Shown: positions 26,452 to 35,260 of the stretch, one piece after another
Layout: each line of letters starts with the position of its first letter
Numbering within the stretch: the stretch's first letter is position 1
Assembly: GCA_028534125.1 (NCBI GenBank)
Contig: CM052816.1
Coordinates: forward strand, 66,776,001 to 66,840,000
Source: Lama glama
Lineage: Eukaryota
Direction of reading: 5' to 3'
DNA length: 64,000 nucleotides
Position numbers and translations under genes: made by a program
The notes under the pieces: generated by a model
Told to the model about the DNA's origin: nothing
Seen by the model: the letters and a program-made list of their open reading frames with translations, nothing else
Databases searched by the model: none

Positions 26452-27792
26452 TCTCTTCAGCAAATGGTGTTGGGAAAACTGGACAGCAGCATGTAAAACA
26501 ATGAAGCTAGAACACTCCCTTACACCATACACAAAAATGAACTCAAAATGGATCAAAGACTTCAACATAAGACAAGATAGAATAAACCTCCTAGAGGAAA
26601 ATATAGGCAAAACATTATCTGACATACATCTCAAAAATTTTCTCCTGGAAGAAATAAAAGCAAGAATAAACAAATGGGACCTAATTAAATTTACAAGCTT
26701 CTGCACAGCAAAGGAAACCATAAGTAAAACAAAAAGACAACCTATGGAACGGGAAAAAAAACTTCTGCAAATGAAACCGACAAAGGCTTGATCTCTAGAA
26801 TATATAAGCAGCTCATATGACATAATAAGAAAAAAACAAACAACCCAATCCAAAAATGGGCAGAAGACCTAAACAAGCAATTCTCCAAGGAGGAAATAGA
26901 AATGATCAATAGACACATGAAAAAATGCTCAGTATCACTAATTATCAGAGAAATGCAAATCAAAACTACAATGTGGCATCACCTCACGCCAGTCAGAATG
27001 GCCATCATTCAAAAGTCCACAAATGACAAATGCTGGAGAGGCTGTGGAGAAAAGGGGACCCTCCTACACTGCTGGTGGGAATGCAGTTTGGTGCAGCCAC
27101 TGTGGAAAACAGTATGGAGATTCCTCAAAAGACTAGGAATAGCCTTACTATATGACCCAGTCATCCCACTCCTGGGCTTATATCCAGAAGGAACCCTACT
27201 TCAGGATGACACCTGCACCCCAATGTTCATAGCAGAATTATTTACAATAGCCAAGACATGGAAACAGTCTAAATGTCCATCAACAGATGACTGGATAAAG
27301 AAGATGTGGTATATTTATACAATGGACTACTACTCAGCCATAAAAACCAACAACATAATGCCATTTGCAGCAACATGGATGCTCCTGGAGAATGTCATTC
27401 TAAGTGAAGTAAGCCAGAAAGAGAAAGAAAAATACCATATGAGATTGCTCATATGTGGAATCTAAACAAACAAACAAACAAAAACAAAGTATAAATACAA
27501 AACAGAAACAGACTCATAGACATAGAATACAAACTTGTGGTTGCCAAGGGGGCGGAGAGTGGGAAGAGATAGAGTGGGATTTCAAAATTGTAGAATAGAT
27601 AAGCAAGATTATACTGTATAGCACAGGGAAATATATACGAGATCTTATGGTAGCTCTCAGAGAAAAAAATGTGACAATGACTATATATATGTTCATGTAT
27701 AATTGAAAAATTGTGCTCTACACTGGAATTTGACACAACATTGTAAAATGATTATAAATCAATAGAAAATGTTAAAAAAAAAAAAAAAAGAA
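26452..27792 (+). mobile_element. Young 5'-truncated LINE-1 (camelid-type): frameshifted ORF2 C-terminus, 3' UTR, poly(A)
   Basis: ORFs 26501-26791 and 26902-27465 are L1 ORF2 ([17 protein letters not shown] cysteine-rich motif). Poly(A) at ~27774-27789. Exact 14-bp TSD AAATGACACTCCAG at 26438-26451 and 27793-27806. Confidence 0.97.
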
Positions 27793-27859
27793 AAATGACA
27801 CTCCAGCTTCTTCCTCCCCCTCAGCATGGGTGTTAACTTGAGCGTAATCTTTCTCTAGG

Positions 27860-28268
27860 AGTACCGGTTTGATAGGGCTGCCATAATAAACCACCATAGA
27901 CTAGGTGGGGTAATGGATGGAATTTTATTTTCTCAGAGTACTGGAGGCTGGAAGTCCAAGATCAAGGTGCTGGCAGGTTTGGTTTTTCCTGGGGCCTCTC
28001 TCCTTGGCTTGTAGATGTTTGCCTTCTTGCTGTGTACCTACACGGCCTCTTCACTTTGTGTGTGCAGCCCTGTGTCTATGAGAACACCAGTTCTCATAGC
28101 CCTCCTATGAGAACACCAGTCACACTGGACTGGGGCCCACCCATATGACATCACATCACCTTAATGACCTTCTCAAAGACCCACACAGTCAGATTCTGAG
28201 GTGTACTGAGAGTAAGGACTTTAACATATGAATTTGCGGGGAGGGGGCATACAATTCAGTCCCTAACA
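27860..28268 (-). mobile_element. MaLR solo LTR (MLT1A-like)
   Basis: TAGGGCTGCCATAA...CTGGAGGCTGGAAGTCCAAGATCAAGGTG...ACATATGAATTT...ACAATTCAGTCCCTAACA. Confidence 0.92.
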
Positions 28269-28779
28269 TTAAGGTAGCTAAGTTCCCACATGCCTCAGCA
28301 ACAAGTCTTTCCTCCAACCCCTCACCTACTTATTAATGAACAAAGTTCCCCCTAACATGTATCAGGTCACATTTGAGAGCCAGCAGTGCTTAGACCTCAA
28401 GCAGAACAGTAAGGTAATTGACTTTGCAACTCACTGTATTTCAGCAAGGTTTCCATCTGAGACTCTGGTATTCATATCCAAATTGGAGACAGGGAGGCAC
28501 CAGTCTGCCAACTGGACACTTGTTCAGTTTATAATGGCATAGGTTGGTCAATCCAGACACATGTAATTACAGGACAAAGGGCACTGAGCCATATATTTAC
28601 CATGGTGGGGATTGTGTTTTCCCAAGCTCTCTATGGAGGAGATGTACTCATGAAAGACTTTCCCAGGAGAGAAAATGGGAGCTCCTGTGACCAGCAGGAT
28701 AGGACACAAAGTTGAACTAACTGCATCAGGTCAACACTATGGTCACCCTTAAGTCTAAGAGATGCAGTGAAAGGGGACA

Positions 28780-29190
28780 CAATCTGGCTAAAGCACTTAG
28801 GGTTCACGTAGATGAGACACCCAGGAATGATTTCTGTGAGGTGCCATGGATGGCCTCATTGACTGCTAGGAAGGCACAATCAGATATAAGGAGGGAAGGA
28901 AAGGGAAAGCATATACAAGGAGCAGGAACAGAACACACGGCCTGCTCTGTGCTGGGGTGTAAGGAGGAGAAGCAGGCTCTACAGGATGCAGGGAGGGCCT
29001 ACAACAGGAGGAGACCTGTCAGCCAAATGATGACATTCGACCTCCCTTTTGGGGATGATGGGTCGTGAGTGAGAAGCTTAAGGAAAGAAAGCAACATTAT
29101 AAAATTTGCTTTCAAAAGACCAGATACAAGATGGGAGGACAGGAGTGCATTCAGCTGGAAGCAATCCATGGGCTGAATGATGGAAGTTTG
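28780..29190 (-). mobile_element. LINE-2 fragment
   Basis: Purine-rich, L2-like degenerate motifs (TTCTGTGAGGTG, GGAGTGCATTCAGCTGGAAGCAATCCATGG). Confidence 0.45.
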
Positions 29191-29519
29191 GGTTGCTGGG
29201 TATGGACCCCTGATATCTTTGTCTCAGGTCTCTTTACGTCCAGAGAGAGAGAGAAAATCAACTTCTTTTTTCCTGTTCTTACTCAAGTAATTTACAGAAA
29301 AGAAAACCATCATTCATCAGAATCTACAGAATCCCTACTTAGAAAACGAGGGTGGGGAGTAAGAAAGAGGCTGTCTGGAAAGTTCCTGAAGATGGGGAGC
29401 CCACAGCTCTGCAGAAGAGACCAGTGACCTCTGTAGAGCGGGTGAACAGTCGAACCTCACTCTTTAGACAAGGCAGGGCAAAGGCTGAAATGTTGCAGGA
29501 ACTAAATTCAAGAACTATA

Positions 29520-29617
29520 TTATATAGATAGATAGATACATGTATAACTGAATCACTATGCTGTCCACCTGAAATGAAAACAACATTGTAAATCAACTAT
29601 ACTTTAATTTAAAAAAA
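29520..29617 (+). mobile_element. Very short LINE-1 3' terminus (artiodactyl type)
   Basis: TGTATAACTGAATCACTATGCTGTCCACCTGAAA...ACAACATTGTAAATCAACTATACT followed by an A-tail. Confidence 0.85.
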
Positions 29618-30324
29618 GAACCCTATGAAGCATTCCCCTGATGTGTGCTGAGCCCTGATGAATTTCCTGGTCCTCTTTGGTATTTTATAAGCTTGGCTCC
29701 TGGTGTTTTTCCTTGGGATTATTTAGGAAAGGAAGAGGGGATGGGAAGAGGATGCTCATGATGCTTTATCTTTCCCAGGTGACTGGCCGCGCTGGGAAAA
29801 TGGCCCCAAGCCTGGCATGATTCAGAAGTCTGAGAAAGGACTAGGCGGCCGCTCGTGGGAAAATGATGACTTGTCATCGCTCAGCAAACATGTCATCAGA
29901 ATAGAGTGTGAGGAGTACCTGCACACATCCTGGACACGTCCTTCATGCAGGCGCTCCCCACGGTGAGCCTGCTGGAATCAGCATAAATCAGCATGAGAGG
30001 CTTTGTGAGTTCTCGCCCTCCATCAAGTTACAGATGAAGAATGTCACAGCAGCTCAGCACTGACGGTGACAGATGCTGCCGCAAGTGCCTTGGGGCTCTT
30101 TGAAAGCCCTCTTCCCAGCGTATTTATATTAAGTAATTAAATATTAAACTGTTTCAATAACTGTCTTCCTAAAACCGGGAAATTTTCATCAGTGGGAAGA
30201 TGATTCTGCAGACACAAGGATCATTGTGGCCTTCAGATGCTGGATTCATTGTGGTCTAAGGGAGGCCAAGAGAATCCAGAAAGATCCTCAGCATATAACT
30301 TCAAATAGAGGGCAGTCCATAAAA

Positions 30325-30395
30325 ATATCAAATCACTGTGCTGTCCACCTGAGATGAATATTGCAAATCAACTAGACTCCAATTAAAATAATAAT
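30325..30395 (+). mobile_element. Very short LINE-1 3' terminus
   Basis: AATCACTGTGCTGTCCACCTGAGA...ATTGCAAATCAACTAGACTCCAATTAAAATAA. Confidence 0.75.
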
Positions 30396-30704
30396 TTTAA
30401 AATATTTCAACAAATTGTTTCTGTGCTCATAGACTTAACTAGGGATATATGTGTATTAATATAACTTTGCATGCATATAATTTAGCATGTTCTTCAAAAC
30501 AAAAATAAAATAGTTCTACATAATGGGGGAAAAAAGAAGGATCCTCAGAAATCTAGTCGACATTTTCCAGATGGGGTAAGACTCACTAACTCTTCACATT
30601 AAACTGTCAGCATGGCTCTTAAGTTTTTTACACTTATCTTAAACTCCTATTAGGTCAAAAGACAGAGTAGAGTGGCTTGTGCTTTTAGTTTCTCTCTTAA
30701 AAAT

Positions 30705-30905
30705 AAGTGACACTATTTATTGATCTACTTGCCACCTGCTTTGCAAACATTCCTGCACTGAGTCTTTCCAACAATTCTGCAGGGTGGCAGCATTATTTCT
30801 AGTCTCTATGCTGAGAGTGAGGCTTGGAGAGGTTCAGTATCTTTCCCAATGGAGTGTTCCCAGTGAGTGGCAAAGCTGGGTTATGAGTCCTCATCTACCT
30901 GGCTT
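30705..30905 (-). mobile_element. MIR SINE
   Basis: GAGGCTTGGAGAGGTTCAGTATCTTTCCCAA...GTGAGTGGCAAAGCTGGG. Confidence 0.7.
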
Positions 30906-31099
30906 TCCTTTCTCATCTGTCATCTTCCTGTAACACCTTGCTATCTCTTCTCTCCAGGAAACCACATCCCTGGAGCCCAACAGCAGAATATGATTGAAGT
31001 CGCACAATACAGTTGACAGCACCAACCCCTTCCCCAGGACTCAGCTTTACTTGAAGTAGTCTCCCCTATTCAGTCATCTCTTTCTTGATTTGTTGGCTA

Positions 31100-31435
31100 T
31101 TTAATGACCAATTCTTTTGATCCAAGCAATGAGGGAGGGTGATGAACATGTTAGGGTCCCTACTCACATAGAGTTTGGTGTCTCATAGGGTTAAAAAAGG
31201 CAGTAAATAGTTAAGGAATAAATATTTGAAATACACTCAGAATAAGTGTCCTGAAGGCAGCAGAGGAAGAGGGAACTATAGAAAGTGATTTGAGGGAAAC
31301 TGGGTGGTCAGAGAAGGCTTCTCTGCTGAGCGATACTCAAAGTGGGAAGGAATGAGAAGAAACCAGTCTGGGAAAAGAGCATTCCAAGCAAAGGAACAGC
31401 TTGCACAAAGGCATGGAGGCTGGAAAGAGCCTGAT
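31100..31435 (-). mobile_element. LINE-2 fragment
   Basis: GTGGTCAGAGAAGGCTTCTCTG and GAGCATTCCAAGCAAAGGAACAGCTTGCACAAAGGC. Confidence 0.8.
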
Positions 31436-31471
31436 GACTACACATTTGCTGCTCTCTCCCCTCAGAGAGAG

Positions 31472-31855
31472 ACCTTTACTGAATGCTAAATACAAGGCAG
31501 TCTTTGTTACTTCAAAATGATCCAGGTGTGCATAATTCTCAACCATTTCCTACATGAAATCTGCTAAGATGATCATATAGATAAAAATGGCATATGAAGG
31601 AGTTAGATTCCAGGAGGAAAGCAGACAATATGTGGCTGGCATTTTTGAGCAATGTCTACGTTACTGTCACTATGTTGTGTCCCTTTCCATACATTATCCT
31701 ATTAATCCTCATTTAACAGTAGTGACCATTGTTATTTTATTTTAGAGATGAAGAAATAAGTCTTAGAGGGGTGGTACCAGTTTGCTAGGGCCACCATAAC
31801 AAAGCCTATAGACTGGGTAGCTTAAACAATAGAAATTTATTTCTCACAATTTCAG
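31472..31855 (+). repeat. Left arm of a ~380-bp inverted duplication
   Basis: Reverse complement of 33479-33857. Perfect blocks of 37, 32 and 37 nt. Manual alignment gives ~90% identity over the 31480-31768 core. Confidence 0.97.
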
Positions 31856-32169
31856 AGGCTAGAAGTCTGAGATCAAGGTGTTAGCAGGGTTGGTTTCTTC
31901 TGAGAACTCTCTCCTTGGCTTATAGGTGGGCTATCTTCTTGCTGTATCTTCATATCATCTTCCCTCTGTACATGTCTGTGTCTAAGTTTCCTCTTCTTAT
32001 TAAAATGCCAGTCATACAGGTTTAGGGCTCACCCTTAACCACCTCATTTTAATTTAGCTACTTCTTTAAAGACGTAAGTCCAAATATAGTCACATTCTAA
32101 GGTACTGGGGGTTAGGACCTCAGCATATGAATTTGGGGGTGGGGGCGGGACATACTTCAGCCCATAGTA
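31772..32169 (-). mobile_element. MaLR solo LTR (MLT1A-like) inserted into a MIR
   Basis: GTTTGCTAGGGCCACCATAACAAA...CATATGAATTTGGGGG...TTCAGCCCATA. The MIR core (AGATGAAGAAATAAGTCTTAGAG | GAGGTTAA...CAAGATCA) is split on either side of it. Confidence 0.92.
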
Positions 32170-32299
32170 GAGGTTAAAATAAGTTTCTCAAGATCAAATA
32201 GAGAGCAAGAGGTTCAGCCAGGATGTGAACTTTCCTCCACCCCTCTTTGTGAGCCTTAGAATGACTCTGAGTAGTAGTGTCTGCCCCATTTCCCTGGCT

Positions 32300-32760
32300 G
32301 GTGTCATTACGGAACACCTGCTCTGTGTCAGACCCTGCTGTGGATGCTGAGGGTGGAGCAGGGAGCAGGATTCCCAAGCTCCTGATGGAGCCTGCTGTGT
32401 CTTGGAGGAGACGGACTGCAAACAGGTAAACAAATGCACAACAAGGAAATTATACAAATACATGAAGTACCGTAAAGGAAATAAACAGGACGATGTGATA
32501 AAACGTGACTGGGTCGGAGAGGAGGCTACTTTTGAAAGGAAGGTCACAAACTTGTTCTCTAAGAAGGGAGTTTTGGGACTGAGACCTGGCTGGCTAGGGA
32601 AGGTGTCAGCCCTGTAACAGGCTAGAGGTGAGTGTTTTTGCAGAGGAGCTGGGACCTCTTTCTAGGCAGGACATGTTCCAGTGCTGCTCAGTATGGGTAT
32701 TAGGACGGGAATCTTGTCTTTGTAAAGTAGAGAAGAGTGGGGCATTGGGGTAGAAGCTGG
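32300..32760 (-). mobile_element. LINE-2 fragment
   Basis: GAACACCTGCTCTGTGTCAGAC, GGAGGAGACGGACTGCAAACAGGTAAACAAAT. Confidence 0.7.
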
Positions 32761-32985
32761 GAATGGTCGGAGTCTCCAAGTGGGAATCAGAAGCCTGAGG
32801 TTCTAATCTCAACTTCAGCACCTACTAGGTGTGGGATTTGGAAGGTCACTCTCTTCAGCTGAGCCTGATTCCTCCAACAGGAAGCAGGAATATCAATAAC
32901 ATTGCACCCACCCTGCCTCCCCCCAGAGCTTGTTGCTATGCACCAAAGAGAAAATACCCAAAATAGTGCTTCTCAAACTGAAAAA
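32760..32985 (+). mobile_element. MIR SINE
   Basis: GGAATCAGAAGCCTGAGGTTCTAATCTCAACTTCAGCACCTACTAGGTGTG...CTGAGCCTGATTCCTC. Confidence 0.7.
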
Positions 32986-33478
32986 TACCAGAGAAACAAA
33001 TGCAGGGTCAACGTGAAGACCTGCAGCCATTGTTTGCACGTGTCCATCTATGTGTATTTTTTCCTCCAACTTTTACCTACGTGTAATCCCCACTCAAGGC
33101 CTCCTACTGATGAAGTAATTAAATTTATTTGCCATAGTAAAACATATAAGACGGTAAGGAGGTGATTTCCCTCCATTCATTAAACACTCAGAGTGCTCAG
33201 AGTGAAGTCAGCTATTTTTTGTTAAAAGAAAGGCTCACAGTTCACACTACCATCCCTTCGAGAACTCCAGCATGACCAGATACACCCTGACCCTGCCTGG
33301 CCAGCACGTGGGCTGGCCAGAGCTTTGTTTTCAGGAAAGTCCACAGAGCTGGATGAGAGAACTACATGTGGATAACTTTCTGTGGATGTCCACATTTCAT
33401 AGCTAAGACCACCCCCCCACAGTACAGGGAAACAGTTCTCACTCCTTGACAACCAGGACCTCTGCCACAATGGGGAAT

Positions 33479-33857
33479 TCCAGAATTGTGAGAAAATAAA
33501 TTTCTATTGTGTAAGCCACCTAATCTGTGGACTTTGTTATGGTAGCCCTACCGCATGTCTCTAAGACTTTTATCTTCATCTCTAAAATAAAATAACAATG
33601 GTCACTACTATTAAATGAGGGTTAATGAGATCATTATGGAAAGGGACACAACATAGTGACAGTAACACAGACATCGCTCAAAAATACCAGCCACACGTTG
33701 TCTGCTTTCCTCCTGGAACCTAACTCCTTCATATGTCACAGTTATCAGTTTGATCATCTTAGCAGATTTCACATAGGAAATGGTTGAGAATTATGCACAC
33801 CTGGATCATTCTGAAGTAACACAATGAGTGCCTTATATTCAGCATTCAAAAAACGGT
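33479..33857 (-). repeat. Right arm of the inverted duplication
   Basis: Reverse complement of 31472-31855. Includes unique sequence, half a MIR and ~70 bp of the MLT1A end. Confidence 0.97.
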
Positions 33858-35094
33858 TGTTGTGTGAATAATGAATAAATGAATTTATAGACATAAGTGA
33901 TACACTGATGTCTATTCTCTTGGTAAGTGATTCCTTCCCAGTGCTATAACACATAGAGGCACCTACCTAAAGCAGAGGGAAAAATCTCATTACAAGAAAC
34001 ATAGCAAATCCATATCATCACCTTATATAGACATTTAACTGTGAGACAATTTGCTCATGAGAAAATCATTTCTAATTTCTTTCTGGAGCAAGATTATACC
34101 ATGAATCAAGCCTTCTTTTGTCTAAATCCTACTTCTTTCTCCCAGGAGAAAATCCCAGCCCTTAGATGTTTCAAGGACAGACCTTTACAAACAGACTAAG
34201 AATCAGGGCATTTCCCATCCCCCTACTTCCTGGAAGAAGTTCCTGCTTCTCAAAGGTTTGTCTGTCCAGTGCCAGCACAGCCACCTCCAGACACCCACGC
34301 CCTGCATTTCCTGTTGGGAACGTCCTTTGGAGTATCTGGTCACATGGATGAGAGAAACACACACACAAACACACTCAAATCCATATTTGTCAGAGGAAGG
34401 AAACATGGGAGTTGGAAAGGCCTCTTAATTTATGGTAAACATACATTGTTATTATTAACTTATCTCTGTCATCATTTGAGAATATTTCCACGGGGCAGTT
34501 TCTACCTACTGGGTACCCTACGTGGCCTTATGCCAACACCCAGATTTAGAAGCTCTTTGCTACTTCCCTATCTTTCTAACCAAAGAAAATTTGCATCTTC
34601 CAAATCTCACGTTAATTAGAAGTAGCTGCATGGTGATCAGATACAATCCACGCACCCATAGAATGCTTCCCCACCCCTCCTTTTTTCACCCATAAGGAGA
34701 GGAAACACTGGCTAGAAGGGAGGAAGGATTTTATTTTTTCTTGGCAAGTGACAGCATGTAGGTTTACACAGTGTACCCAGCCAAGTTGTTACTTCCTTTC
34801 ACTAAATGCTGAAGTTAGATTCAAATATACCAAAGGAATATAAGGAGCTACTGGATTATTTTTTTTAATTCCTTATCACACATAATAGCTTTCACATACC
34901 TTCCTGCAAAGATGTAAATATATTCAACGGGCAAGTCATCATCAATTCCAAAGAAGCAGCAAAAAGCTAGTTTCACTTATTTGTTTTGCTTGGTTTGTTG
35001 TGTTAACATCAGATTATTAAAGGTACATGCTCTCATTTCCTTTGTTTGTGCTTTATTAGAACTAATGACTGTTATTACTATTATTACCACTCTT

Positions 35095-35260
35095 CATAAT
35101 AACATCTTACCTTTGAACACAATCTTTCGTCCTGAAATATCCCAAAGCTGTTTACAACCTATGAAACAAATTAGACATGGGCCTCACCTCACTCTCCCCG
35201 AAAAGGTAGCCACTTCCTGCAGTGAAACCCAGCAGCTGTATTACGGCATGCCTAGCCTAG
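35095..35260 (-). mobile_element. Probable AmnSINE1 (ancient Deu-domain SINE) relic
   Basis: CTTTCGTCCTGAAATATCCCAAAGCTGTTTACAA and GAAAAGGTAGCCACTTCCTGCAGTGAAACCCAGCAGCTGT resemble, in the right order and spacing, the AmnSINE1 3' region as I recall it. Not database-verified. Confidence 0.55.

Noticed and set aside
26380..26853. 157-aa hydrophobic minus-strand ORF
   Set aside because: Antisense frame of L1 ORF2, a common artefact.
27860..32169. Two same-orientation MLT1A LTRs 3.5 kb apart as a possible provirus
   Set aside because: The intervening DNA is L2/MIR/L1/unique sequence rather than MaLR internal sequence, and the second LTR sits inside its own split MIR, so these are independent solo LTRs.
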